Source of the DNA: the human T2T-CHM13v2.0 reference genome, Homo sapiens
Assembly: GCF_009914755.1 (NCBI RefSeq)
Contig: NC_060927.1
Length of the DNA: 64,000 nucleotides
Direction: 5' to 3' (one strand)
Shown here: piece by piece, positions 27,727-42,503 of the stretch
Layout: each line of letters opens with the position of its first letter
How positions within the stretch are numbered: the stretch's first letter is position 1
The notes under the pieces: generated by a model
Told to the model about the DNA's origin: nothing
What the model saw: only the letters and a program-made list of their open reading frames with translations
Databases searched by the model: none
Made by a program: the position numbers and the translations under genes

Positions 27727-30551
27727 AGAGTTGCAGCAGAAAAGCTAGGAGAAATGCAGTATAATTTTGTTAGGAATACCAGATAATGATGTGTATGTAT
27801 ATACTAATAAGAATTTAATAACTCAAATATTTGGAAACATAATTCTAGTTTTATTTAATAGTTACACTGGTGTTACAAGAGAATATCAAACATGGTAGGA
27901 TAAACAATGGTACAGTAGGATTCTAGGTACATCCAGGGTTAAGTAAGATTAGAAATAACTTTCATTCACATAAGACATAGGAGGTCATTTTTCCCTTGGA
28001 TCCTCAGTGCTGGATTTCCATTTCCGTTTCTAGGTGAAGAGAACTGAATTGTGTAAGGGCCATTCACAGAACTTAATCACTGCTTAAAATGTTGTATCAA
28101 AGTTATAAATAACTGAGTAGTTCCTGTATGAAATTGGGAACTTCCTTTTCCATAAGATAATAAATGCCTGCATCAGGGACATGGTCCTTATTCTCTTTTT
28201 GTTCCTTTTACTTAAACTTCTCCCTTACTGGCTGCTATTCTATCCTCCCTTCTCTAATTACACATAGACACATCTATGCTTCCACCCTCTTTCTCCTTTC
28301 AGAATGTGCTTAAACACACTTAGTAAAAACAGTCCATTTTGGGATATCATTTTCTCCTTGCGCGGGAGTCTTTTAAGGTTTTAGGATGAAGCATTATTGA
28401 CAGGTAACTTGTGTCCTTTCTAATCACTGTTGAATCATCCCTGCAGTTTCTGTGTTTATTCTTATGCCTGATCACATTCGATAACAAAGCTTGTGCAAAA
28501 TCAAAAACAAAAAGGTCTTGAACTGCAATCAAATAAAGGGGAGCTACCTGGTTAACAAATTTTACAAAACATTTATTGGAAAATATATCTATCCCATGAG
28601 ATAGGACACAGTCAAAGGACCACCCACTTTCTCCATTAACATGTGGATAGCTGTCTGCTTCTTACTGCACTTTCATTCTCTAAAAATAACCACCAAGGTC
28701 TTTTAGTGAAAATAAGTAAGTTGGAACCAAAAACAAAGGCACAACATTCTTCTCCAAATAAGTTGCTCAGAAATGCTTTTTCGTGAAACATAGTTTCTAG
28801 CATCTTCCATTTTCTTGCTATTTATCCATGCTTGGAATTACTTCATTCATTAGTTCTGACAACGGATTGTATTTGTATCATTGCTTGACAAATGTGTTAC
28901 ATGTTTCAGTCTTAAAATATTCCACTCTGAGCTCAGTGCTGCATACTTGGGAGATAATGTTAAATCAGCCTCGCGACACACTGCTGTCATCATGCCAAAT
29001 AACTCAGGGAAAAATGATAAGGGTATAAAGAGATCAATAAGGCAAGAAAATCTGTGCTTTCAAAAGTAAGGCAAAATATGAGAAAGACTATCAGTCAAGC
29101 ATCGGGGCATAAATAAAGCAAGAATATGCCACGTTTAGGGCACCGTGATGCTACAGTGAGCAATTATCCCATGAGTAGTAAATTTCTCTTACGTTTGCCT
29201 AACACCTTTATTGTAGGTCATTCTAAAATGTAGCCATGAGATTCACCGGCACATTGATCAGCCTAGCATTGCTCTTTTTTCTCCCATAATAGAATAAAAT
29301 GAGGATATGGCTGATAAATGCTGAGAAGGACAATTCCCAGACCATTTAGATGTGAGTGGCCACACTGGAGTGTTCTCCCTGTGTAAGAAAGATTTATATA
29401 ACGCACATTTTTTAAAATATGAATTATGCAAATACATTTCTGCCCATTGAGATGATATTACTCAACAGGGCCCTCGTAAGTGCCCAGTTCTGTTGGATGT
29501 TTAGACAGAAAACAAGCAAACTGTAGATACCGGCAATTTGGAAATTAAATCTTTTATTGAGTAATAGGTACTCAGGCGTGCATCAGGAAGCAATCGTTTT
29601 TCTTTTTCAGCAAAGAGCATTAAATTATTATAAATTTGCAACAATAAATGGAATAGCTTGCAGGCACAAGACAGTAAATTTATGAACATTTGAAAATAGA
29701 AATTTATTTTTGTGTGCTAATGGTCAGGGAGACTGTGAAACTGGCCCAGAGCCCTTGAATGTCAGTCTCAGGAAGGTGATCTATAGACAGTGAAGAGAAT
29801 TTCAGGATTGCTTTTATTAACATGGGGATGAAGTGTGAAAATTAATTTTTGTTGGGGGAAGATAAAGCTTAAGGCTGCATGTGGGATAGATTAGAGTACT
29901 TGGAGCTTGGGAACAGGAAATACAATTTGGAGACAGTTACCTTAATCCATATGTGAAGTGAAGTGCTCTGAATAGAAATAGTAGAACGGATGGAAAAGGC
30001 AGATGTGGGAGACACTGAGAATGCAGCATAGGCAGGACTTGGGGCCTGGCTAAGACTCAGTCATGACAATGAAATTTTTTTTTTAAATGATGTATCCAGA
30101 TGTTAAATTATCAGTATACTGTATATCTGTGGAAAATGATTGCTGAGTTCAAGTGAATATTCAAGGCATAATGTAGGATGAAATTTTCATGCCATGATAC
30201 AACACTTGGAAGTACCCTTCAGCATGTAGAGCCATCAGGAAAAGTGTCCAAAAAAGGACATGAAGGGGCATGGGCTAAAACACATTGTAGACAGAAAGAA
30301 CAAGTGGAAACGCATAGGAAAAGCATGGCCTCTGACTCATTCCTGTGGACTATTTAGAATTAAACATCTGTTGCTTTCAACTTTCTTGGTGCTCTCCCTA
30401 TTTACCTTAAGTCATTTAGCTCTATCACACGAGATACTTACATCTGAAAATGGAAGATCACCTCTTGATATGACAGAGAGATAGAATTTTCAGAACACCT
30501 CTTGGTGTGTGGGAGAGGTGGAGAGATGGAGGTGTGGCTGGAAATGTGAGA

Positions 30552-30730
30552 TAGTGCAGGTTTGCCTAGAAGCTGACAAAATTTAGGCTTTAGGGTCCCT
30601 CCTTTTCCCCAACCTCTTCTATAATCTTATATCTAATCCTGTATAATCATTTTGTATTCTTCTCCTCAAAAATGGTCAATGGCCATCCAAAGTGTATAAA
30701 ATTTAGATCCCACAAGATCCACATTCTTTC
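30552..30730. mobile_element. MER53-like hAT MITE (Zaphod-related termini)
   Basis: gaagctgacaaaatttaggctttagggtccctc...attttgtattcttc...gtataaaatttagatcccacaaga follows my recalled MER53 consensus. Confidence 0.65.
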
Positions 30731-30736
30731 ATTAAC

Positions 30737-31637
30737 TGGCAATGTGTTTCCATGGTTACATGGATTTGGAAAATTTGTAAAAGAAATGCGTTTTAATCAC
30801 AACTGGTCCTTGTCTCTTTTCACACTAGTTTCCCTATTTGCATTTTTTTTTCCTTGCAGTGGTGGCAGGTATTTTGGAATTTAGCTAAGGGTAAGTTGGG
30901 TGAGAGATGCATTTATTTTGAATTCAATAGGATCCATCTTTGTTTTATTGCTAGCTGTTTTGTGGTCGGAATGGTTTCCAAGAATACTCATACTCCTCAC
31001 TGTACCAGTGTCTTGGGCATTGTGGCAGGAACGTGCTGGGCCAACTCAAGGTTCTATTGTGATAGGAATGTGGTCTCTGGTGCCCAACACTGGAAGGATG
31101 TGGGAAGTAGAAGAAAAAATCTGAAGCCAGAAGCGAACTCTGTGCAAAATTCATCCACATTGTTATGCCCAAATTTACTATCCTAACCTTCCTACCATTC
31201 TTACCTTATAACAAGTTATAAGCTATTACCATTTATGAGTTGTGAAGCTGAAGAAAACATTTCTGAACTATCACTAGAAAAAAAAGTGCCTATCAGCTGT
31301 TAGAGGACAGGCAGAATTATCTGTCTCTAGGTAATTCTCGCTGGAGAAAATAGTATGAAATTACTCTCATATAAAGAGACAATCAAAAGGTTTGCAGCAA
31401 AAAAGGAGAGGGGATTATTTCTGAAGTGTGTCAGGGAATTAATATTATTTTCTACATTTTTTATTTTCGTGTTGTTCTTCAGCTTTTTAATATTAGTGAT
31501 ATGTTGAAATTTCGTTTTTATTCTAAACAAATATTCATTTTTTAAGTAATTTTATATTTATAAATTTTATTCTTTTTTTAATGGGTCTCCAACATTGTAT
31601 AAACTTAAGGCACAACAAGACCTGAGTTTGTCCTTGG
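30737..31637 (+). mobile_element. Zaphod/MER115-type hAT-Tip100 internal-deletion derivative
   Basis: Zaphod-like 5' region (gcaatgtg..., ggaatggtttccaagaatactc, gccagaagc) joined to the 3' end. 31223-31279 translates LLPFMSCEAEENISELSLE, a decayed hAT C-terminal dimerisation motif (cf. SCEAERNFSKL). Confidence 0.7.
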
Positions 31638-34600
31638 GTTCAGGGGACACCTTAATTTTCATAATCAAGTATGTAAACTTAACCTCTGGCTCATCCATGC
31701 AGTCCACGTAGAGTTAAATATCTGTTGCTTTCAACTTTTATGGTGTTCTCCGTTTTTACCTTCAGTTAGCTCTCCCTAATATTATCTTAATTCTCTAATT
31801 ATTATAATTTGGGAATATCCTATGGGTTTATATTAAGTGGAATATATTGGTATCCCTTAGTATGCTGTACCCTAATTCCAGTTAAAAAGAATGTCCCCCT
31901 TTCTGCATAGCATAGTATTTGAGAAATATATTTAAACAGACTTTTAAAACTGTTTCAAAACAGAGATATGTGGTTCAAAACAAAACAACAGTGGAATATA
32001 CACCAAAGTCGGGAATATCTGAACATGGAATATTATTCCATTTAGAGAAGTTTGAGAATTTAAACTAGTTTCATTTCAGAAAAGTATTTTCAGAAGTGAT
32101 GACACAATCCGGTGAAATAAAGTATATAATCAGAAGTGTATAATCTACTGACAAGGAAAGGAATTGTCTATCGTTTATCAATACTCTATTATATTTTGGT
32201 AAAACAAATGTAAACATTATTTTTACTCCATCTCATAATGGAACACGTAAGATGTGTTCTTGACTAACAGGAAGACCAACCATTGGAATTTAAGCTTGTA
32301 TAATAGGCAAAATTATAATGTCAGTGATTATTTTTCTAGTTTTCCCCTTTGGGTCTTCAATAAAAAATAATCTATATCATTAGGCAGGGATGAGATATTG
32401 ATTGGTCACTAAAACTAGCACATCAGCTACAAACATAACTTTCACTTTCTTCCCATTCATAAACAAGTCATTATTTGACCTGCTGGGATGTGATAAGAAG
32501 TTCAAAGTAAATGGAACACACTAGGTCATGCCATTCTCAGTCTTCTAATCAAGATAAAATAAGTGCAGAATATACTTCTTTTTTGTTATTATCTGTGTCA
32601 TTGCGCAAAATTGTAAATTGGGTCCAGGATAGAAACTGGTGGCCAAAATTAGAGGTGTGTCTATTTGTCTCTCTGAAATTGCTAACATATGACACTAATT
32701 GACTTTGTCAGAATCCTCAGTGCTAAATGAAATTAATGACCAGTGGAATCCAAATAAATAAAAGGAAATGTGCCTTTGCATATAGCATAGCCAGATTCAG
32801 GATGAATAGACAGTCAATGTTGCAGAATATTATAATACTCCAAAAAGTGGTTCTTGGCCAATGGTGGGTGTGCTAGAATCTCACTCTTCTGCATGACTAA
32901 ACTGGGAGGATTTCGGCATTAAAAAAAGAGCTCTGTCTCTGTGATGTAGTGTATACTTTGAGAATCTTTGCTTTCCTCTGCTGAAATAAGGACATAACTC
33001 TAGAGGGTGCCTATTTTCATTGGGTGAAAAATATTCCTTTGCTAAAAAAAGTCTTTCATATGAGTCTACTGATGGATCTTAATTCATTTGAGTAAAAGCC
33101 ACCATGCTAATAGCAAAAGTCCTATGTTGTTAGTCCTTCTCTCATTTTATTTTTATCTGTATTATTACTAAAGCAGTTTTCTCCCATTACTGCAAACCAC
33201 AAGGAAAAGCAATCAAATTGATTACATTTATTGTCTTCGAGAACTCCAGTTATAAAACTAGACCATTCCATCATTCTATTCATTGTGATACTTAAAACTG
33301 TCACTCTGGGTAGTAAAATGTGTTTTCCTTTATTATAAAGAATACAGTTTACAGTAAAATAACTGGACATTCTCACAAGAATTAGCATTGGATGCAGGTG
33401 CCATTTTTTCCTGTACTCTATGCTTGATCAAAAGGCCAAGAAGCAATCTCCTATACTCTTAATACAGGTAAGTATAGACCATATTTCAGTATTCCAAGTT
33501 TATCTATTTATCTTTTCTTTGCTTTCTATGCTGTGCTGTGTGCTGAGAACTCTGTATTAACCCCACCTGTATAAACTGTTCTACTTTCATTATCTTAGGA
33601 CTTCAAGGAGTAATTGTCACTGGATATATTTTAATCTTTAAAATATTTTCTCATAACAGCATTTATTGTAATATTATCATTGAATTTATCTGCTGAATTC
33701 TAATTATCTGTTCTATTTTACACATGTTATAGTGTAGGTTAAATTTTTATCAATTACCTGAGAATTAGAAATCTCTGGTCTTTGTTACATTATCATAAAT
33801 TTTCTCTAATTAGATCTCTTCTTCAAGTCGAAATTCTGGATGGAAATTCTTAATACCAGTAGTGTTAGGAAGTTGACCTATAGATAAAAATATTTTCTCT
33901 ACTTACAAAACTATCATTATAGTAATATAGTACATAGTAACATGGTAATATAATGAGCTGTAATTCTAGGCTGCTTCACTGGTTTGTAAACTTAGATCAA
34001 TTATCCATTATTCGCCAAAGTGTTGGGTTCCATATGATGTTGGCTATAGGTAGAAGGGGAGAGCGATGCATATGTAAGTTTGTGTGTAAATTAATATATA
34101 AATCTTGCTTATTAAAATTTTGAACTTCACAAGCTATTATTAAGACCCATTTCCTGAATTTAAGGAATACTTACACCACTACCAACATGATTTTAAGAAG
34201 GCAGTTTGTATCATTACTATTGTAGTTCATGCTATGCTTTTTGCTTTGGCGATGGATGCTGTCTCAATTTAGCTTCTTACCGTTGGTGTCTCTGTTTTCA
34301 TTCTGCTTAAGATGTAGTCAATTTTATGGCATTAATGGTCTGCCCTCTGAGAGCTTACAGTAGACCCTGAGCATTTGTAAAGCAAGAAATGATGTTAGTA
34401 AAGATACTTTAATTGCGGGGAGTTCTCTGTTGGCTGGTGAATAAGGACGTTCTCTTTGAGTTCCACCTTTCTTTGAGAAATTTTCATGTTTCCTGTACTT
34501 TTCCTCTATTATATCATGGAAACTTACTAAATCAGCCTGTGCATTCCGCCCACATATTCCCTCATGGTGCCTTCCGGTCCTAGCAGCTGAGCCAGGGCCA

Positions 34601-34754
34601 TCAATAAATCTTCTTCTTTTCCCCCAAGATATTCCTAGTTGCTTCTTTACTATTCATTCTTGTAATTCCATTCATCTGTGTGTATCATTTAGGATGCTGG
34701 GCAGTTGCATCGCATTTCACCTAAGGTCACATCCTGATGGGATTTGGTGGGATC

Positions 34755-34975
34755 CTAGAGCTGGCTAGGACCACTTGTGAGAGCTGATTGTTAAATTCTC
34801 CGAAATGACGTGACTCAGTTGTTAGACTGCTTAAAGGTAAAAATCAGTGGTGTACTTAGGTTTGTTTTGTTTTGTTTTGTTTTGTTTTGTTTTGTTTTTA
34901 TCAACATAGCTATAAATCAGGGCTTTTCCCTTGTTTTTTTTTTCTCGCAGAGTTTCAGAATACTTGCACACCACT
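34755..34975. mobile_element. MER63-like hAT-Blackjack MITE containing (GTTTT)n
   Basis: gagctggct...gagagctgattgttaaatt...aaatcagggctttt...gcacaccact; about 8 GTTTT units at 34860-34899. Confidence 0.55.
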
Positions 34976-35131
34976 AATTGTGAATAGTTTTCTGTTTTGA
35001 TTCCCCACTTCTTGCAATCTGCCTTTTAGTGCATAGAGCAAGCACTGAGGCTTCTTTAAGGGAAGCAAATAAATGATCACTCCTAGAACACTCTATGTTA
35101 TAGTGATTGTACTTTAGAAAAGGCTGTTATC

Positions 35132-35457
<326 letters not shown>

Positions 35458-37936
35458 TTATCACTATTTGCCAAGTTTTACATCGTATTCTTCAACCAAA
35501 GCAAAAACAAAACAAAAGCATCCTCTGAATAATGGAGATGTGTAGAAAGTACTCTGGAATGTATAAATGTATTACTATCCCATTCTTATGCTGTGGACTA
35601 TTTGCTTCAGCTACCCTAGAGCATCGATCTTATGACTTGTTAGAAATTCGGGAGATAATTAAACTGAAAAAAACAATTTAAGCCATTGTTTACCCACAAA
35701 ATGTTCTTGCAGGGGAACAATTTTTTAAAAATCTAATTATTTTTAGTGTTAGGAGCCATGAAATTAGTATAGTTTATTTCTTGTATATAAAACTCCTTTT
35801 AATTAAGTGCATGGATATTTAGTAGTTGGTGTGTTATTTAACGTATAAGTTTTTTCCACTGACAGTTAAATATGTCTTATTTTAATTAGTACTTTTACAA
35901 CTTTTAGATATTTCTCAGAATCTGTGTATTCTAAGAATGACTTCCCTTATAAAAATTTATATTTGTCTTAAAAAATTCTTCTGAGAGTCTTGTCATCAGC
36001 TTATCTGAGAGCATTCTAACTACTATCAGTAGCTACTATTAGTAGCTCCTCTCAGTAGCTAGAATAATACCAACTAAACCTAATGTCCCATTAAAGAAGG
36101 ACATTCTTTGACTTATAATCTAGAGAATTTCATTCTGACAAGCATCAATGGACTTTTTACTTTGTATCATGAGATTTTAAATCACACAAGCCAGAGTTGG
36201 CTAGATCAGTCAACAAACCAATATACCTGTTAACCAAAAGAACGTTACTGTTCATGAAAACAATCCATATTATAAAAATGCTTTAGGATTTATGTGATAA
36301 TAATAGCTAGCATATATAGAATGCTGTGTGCCAGGTTTTATTCTCAGTGCTTTACACACAATCACTCACTTGAAATGGTTAACAGTGTTCTGAGGTAGCT
36401 ATTATTTCAATTTTTTGAGATGAGGAGATGGAGACAAAAGAGGTGGCATAGAGGTAAAGCAAGATTTGAGCCTGCGTTGTGTGTCTGCAGGATCTATGTC
36501 CTTAGACACTATACAATGACAATAATGTTCCTTTCTTCTTCCTGAGCCTATGAAGAGTGTACCAATCAAGGGCAAATGCCCTTTAACTGCCAGTCTCTGA
36601 AGCTCAATTACTTCTTTAAAAAAGGACAATAGCAATTTGGAGAAGAAAAAGCAGAACTGTCTTATTACTAGGGATAGTTCCTTCTCTTATGTAGAATATC
36701 ACCAGCCCAAAAAAAAAAAAAAAAAAATCTCCAGTAATAATCACACAAAAAAGAAAAGATGCATCTGGAATTGGATGTGCCTATATTCTTTTGAGAAATT
36801 CTCTAAGGTTTGAGGTGCATTGACTTAAAATATACTGAAAATGGGAGTCCTCATAGAGGTTTATAATTAAGAGCAATAGAAGTTTGTGTAAATATTTTAT
36901 AAGTTTCTTATTATAAAAATTATAATAAATTTGATAATGTAAATTGCCTAATATTCATTTTATCATGAGGTATTTTTTTCTTAAACTTGAACATTAATTT
37001 ATTCTCATAGTTACCACCTCACAGCCCCAAACATAATAAATTTTGAAAATGTATTTATAGAAAATTATCTGTGCAAGTGCTCATTTCAATCTTTACAATG
37101 AAGCAATTACTTTGCATGTATTAATTCCTGTCACATTTTTGATCTGTGCTCTAACATTGTCTTCTTGAGGAAATTATTATGTTTTATAGTTCAAATTTCT
37201 TAGATTTAGGACTTCAAAGGCCTAGGTTCTGTTCACATTTAATTTTGCTACATCAATAAAATATGAATGAATTGGCTAATAAAGCAACAAAACTATTTTA
37301 TGTCATGGAATATAGGTTATCGTTTATGAAATTGCTGAATTGCCCTGGTAATTCACTGTAAGAAAACCTTCTCCTTTTTTTGCCTTGGTCCTGTTTGGAC
37401 AGAAATAAAATTGGTAGCATGTGTGTTACATGGAGGATGGCAGGGTTGCGGGGGTGGTTTCTCTTTTGGGATGGCAGGTAAAGTAGATTAAATGGTATTG
37501 AAAATGCTGAGGGCCCCAGGCAGGCAGCTTGTCTGCCAAAGAGAGACACATTTACTCTGTACCTACAGCTAATCTTAATTTCTATCTTTTCTTGGTATTT
37601 AGCAATTTTACAATTTAGATGAAAGTTTGGTTATTGGTTAAAAAGATAAAATACACCTTTTCCCCTCAAATTATATTTTTACTTCCTACAAATCTTTTAA
37701 TAATGTGCATGTTTGGTCAGGGGAGGTATCAGTTGAAAGAGAGGTTTTATATGCCAAAATATAAACCTACTTCTTGAGTGTGGGAGGAAGCTTGAATATG
37801 GTTTCTACTAAAAGGAGATTAATTACATTTTAAGAAATTCCTGTAACTAGTAGCATAGCATAGAAACTGTGACCATTATTTCATCAGCACATAGTATGGG
37901 AGATTATATGTTGTAGCTATAAGAATGATATATATT

Positions 37937-38148
37937 AGCATTGTCCAGTAGAACTTTCTGTGATGATGAGAATGTTCTGTGTCTACCTGTCAGATACAGC
38001 AGTCAGTACCCACGTATGTTTTTCAGCATTTGAAATGTAACTAGCGCAACTGAAGAAATACATTTTTAAATTTAAGTTAATTTTAATTAATTACCTGTGA
38101 ATTTAAATAGCTGCATGCTGCTAATGACTGTCAGATTGGACTGTACAT
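37937..38148. mobile_element. MER3 hAT-Charlie MITE
   Basis: tgtccagtagaactttctgtgatgatgagaatgttct...tttaaatagctgcatg...ttggac. Confidence 0.8.
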
Positions 38149-38184
38149 ATTTATATTTAAACCTGGAGTTAACGGAGGTGAAGA

Positions 38185-38405
38185 CTGCTTAGCTTCAGGT
38201 CCTGGGTATGATGCTGAGCAGCTGAACAACCTTGAAAAGTCGTTTAACCTCCCTAAGTCTCAGTATTCTCTTCTTCAACATAGAGATAATAATAGTTCTT
38301 ACCTCTAAGAGTTCTGAGATCAGGAAATAAATCAATGAGCATAAAGCTCTTAGAATTGTGCCTGGAATATAATGTATGCTCAATAAACTTTAGCCATTGC
38401 TATTC
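38185..38405 (+). mobile_element. MIR
   Basis: tttaacctccctaagtctcagt...gataataatagttcttacctc...cttagaattgtgcctgg...ctcaataaa. Confidence 0.8.
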
Positions 38406-38562
38406 TTATTTTATAATCTTTTGTAGATATTGATGAAGTAGAAACTGAAAAAGTATGGAAATGAAATAGCTCTAAAGTAATAAAAGGAAAATGTCCTGAA
38501 TGGGTATAATTTTAGGTGATCCTTGAGGAATATGTGGGATTTGGATAAATAGAAAGTAATTA

Positions 38563-38693
38563 CAGGGTGACCATACACCCTGATTTGCTTCAGACAATCT
38601 CAATTATTCCTTGTGTCCTGGTTTAATTACTAACATCCCCCTCTTTTGCTCTCAAATTTTCCCGGTTTGTAAGATAAATATTAAGTCACTGTA
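38563..38693. mobile_element. MER94 hAT-Blackjack MITE
   Basis: agggtgaccatac...ctctcaaattttcccggtttg..gataaat...gtcactgta. Confidence 0.7.
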
Positions 38694-39376
38694 GAATTAG
38701 ATATAGGAGTACAGCCCAGGCGTTTCAGATGCAGGGAAGATAACATACTAAGGTATAGATGCAGATGTGACTATGGTGTGGTTTGAATGGTGAGTACTGG
38801 GAAGTAGAAGGAAACAGGGATACGTGTAGGCTGGACACATTATGGAGTTGGGATGAGAACTGGTATAAGGAAATTAGATTGGATTGTATATGCTATTTGC
38901 ACTATTGTTGAATTGCTCCTGTGTCAACATAGATTCACTTTCAGAAAAGCAAAGTTCCCATTTAATTGGACAAAAATATTTGGTGTATCAAAAAAACCTG
39001 ATACTATTTTGTGTTCTGATTGTATTTCCATTACTGACAGTAATTTTCGTTATACGTAATTGGGAACAAAGTGTGTTATTTCTATCATCCCTTTGCTACA
39101 AGTAACCAAATCAGTAATATGATTGGTTAATATGGAAACTAGTCAATTAAAATGGAAAATGCCTCATTATTATCTGAAGCCATGACTTTCACAACTGGAG
39201 GAAACTTTGCAAGAGTTCATTTAGTTGCAATAAAGTATTATCACTGAATATTTTATGTTGCTCTTTAAGCTACATCCATTGTAGCTTATCACTGCATATT
39301 TTATGTAGCTCTTTAAGCTACATCCATTGGTCTTCATTCTACTTAGGAGGGTGTACATTTTAAAAAAGCTAGGGGA

Positions 39377-39696
<320 letters not shown>

Positions 39697-39741
39697 CTAG
39701 GGGAATTTTAATTGTTGGCAATATTACTAATTGTAATTTTA

Positions 39742-40086
<345 letters not shown>

Positions 40087-41149
40087 TTATCTCTGATTGC
40101 ATTTGACATTGACATGGTTGGCTAGCCCAGAAATCTCCATAAAGAGTTTCTGGTGACCTGTTCTGGGTTTTCCCTCATTGCCTACTTATTCTAGCTCATC
40201 GTGAAAGCAGGCATTTGGGTTGATCTCTGAGGTATTCCTTGGACAAACACAGCAGATATTCCATTATGGTCACTTTCAGTATTTCTGGAGAATGCTCTGA
40301 TTCTAACAATTATTGTTCATATTGTAGCTAACACTGTAATCTCCAGCTGGGGAACACATCATGGCTCATTATTCCACAAGGAACCAATCATTATCAATAT
40401 TGGAGTCCTAGCATTTTGGGTTATTTTCAAGGTATACACTTGACTTTTTAAACTAATTCCATAAGCACTGCAATGTCTGAAGTATATGTTAATTTTGTTT
40501 GTTTGTATTTAAAGAGATAAAAAATTAGTCAAATTAAAAGAAGAATTGGGCAAAGACCAGATGTCACTGCCATTTGAAAAACTGATAATCTTTATAAAAC
40601 TCCATTGATGTCATTTATAGCACCACTTTTTGCTAGCTTATAAATTTATTAATCAAATTTGTTTATAGGTGCTTGAACTGAACAATAACTAGTTTATTTG
40701 TGTTTCCAAGTACCATGAATTTTAAAATGTCATTTAATATCTAAGCCTCTGAATGGAATTCAATGACTTTAAATTAAACCTATTTGTAAATAGCACAGAG
40801 CAATGTGTGATTATGCAATCTGCTGAGGTTTTCAAAAACTAACATTTAGAGCAAAAGTGAATCTCATTCTAACAGAATTTTAATAAAAACTCAGTAGTGA
40901 TTTGTAAATGCTTTGAAACCAATTAGCCATCCCATCCACAATGATTGTTTCATCACAGCTTAGTTCTTAATGAAAATGGCAAACCACGGTTCTAATGACA
41001 TAATTTCATTTCAAGAATAGTGGCTTTCATGTTTAAAAAATAATTGGCTCTTTAGCACCCCCTTCAAGGTGAATTACTCCAACTAGAACTGAGAAGGCAA
41101 CGCTCATATTGTGGGTCTGCCTTGTGATGATGATAATGACAATGGTAAT

Positions 41150-41360
41150 GATGAGAAAACAAAGAATTACTGAATATTGGCTCTGTGCCAGGCCCTGTGC
41201 TAAACATTTGACACATAATTTATACATTTTAGCTTCACAACACTCCAATGAAGTGAAATAATCATAATTCCTCTTTCACTCATGACAAGAGGTTTAAGTG
41301 CCTAGTTAGTGGTGGAGCTGGATTCATAGTGGGTAATCTGGAGCTCTTAAGCACCATGTT
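41150..41360 (-). mobile_element. MIR
   Basis: ctctgtgccaggccctgtgctaaaca...cttcacaacactccaatgaag...gtggtggagctgggattc. Confidence 0.7.
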
Positions 41361-42503
41361 ACCACTGTTGACAGCAGCTATTACCTAGGCCAGTTGATAG
41401 AGAATATTCAAATGATTGCCTTTCATGAGGAGTTTTGTCTTTTATTGCTTATTTCCATATCTAGCTTTGGGTAGGAAAAGAGAAGTAGGACAGATTTTCA
41501 CCAAACTGTTACAAAAGACATAATTGAAACAATTGTTTACTATGCTTGTATTCTAGATAATGGAGAGGCAATTGCCTAGCATAAAATTGCAAAGCCATAA
41601 TGTATGTGGTTCATGAAACCATGGCTGTAATTGCATGGCTTGCCTTAGATATTAATTTAGCTGCATTTGTTATTACTTGCACAGAGAGTATTCATATTCA
41701 CCCTCATTTAAGGCTATTATAGACACACTAGTGACTACCACAGTTCTTATCGTGTCCACTCTCTCACGTTGTGTTCACACTAGAGGAGAGGTCTGAAGAA
41801 TAAAGGTTATGTGGAAATTACACTATCAAGGAGATGAATCCAACAGCCTGCAGCAGTGTTATCCAGCGAGCAATGGATTACATGTGTACGTGCAAGCTAA
41901 ATAATGTATGATTTAAGACAATAAGGTAGTATGTATTCATTTTTGGATAGTAAAAGAGATGGCATGTCAGTCCCTTGGGAGATTTTATCCAGGGCTTTAC
42001 CCTTGAGTGGATAAAAAGAGTACAAATTCTATTGCATAGGAGGTGAATAAAAACAAACTGGGGAGACCATCAGCAGAACAGACTGCTGTGTGATGGAGTC
42101 CAGAGCTACTCCAAAACCACCAGACCAACTGCCTCAGGATCCTGCCAGCAACCAGATGCCGGCAATAGAACTGACTGCAGTTTGGCATCAGGGCTCTGTG
42201 ATTTCCAGCCAAGGGGAATTGCATGCAAAAAATATTTAAAATTCTCTTTGTAAAGAGTTATGTTTTCAATCAGAAGGAGAAGTATGTTTCAGACTTAGTC
42301 TGCTGCAAATGAAATGTGGCATACTGACATCTTGGTTACAGATGGTGGAACTGCGTATGTTGGAGGGGGTGAATGCCATGCGAAGTTGAACTTTGGTTTG
42401 GTGGTAAGGTTTTGTTTACGGTTTTTTTAGGCCATTGAGTTAGTATCATTCTGTGAGGGGTACTGTACTGGCCTTTCAAGAAGATGGTCTGGATCTACTT
42501 AAA

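Noticed and set aside
30854-31186. 110-aa ORF as a transposase gene
   Set aside because: It lies mostly in the non-coding 5' part of a decayed Zaphod derivative; only a short broken motif downstream is transposase-like.
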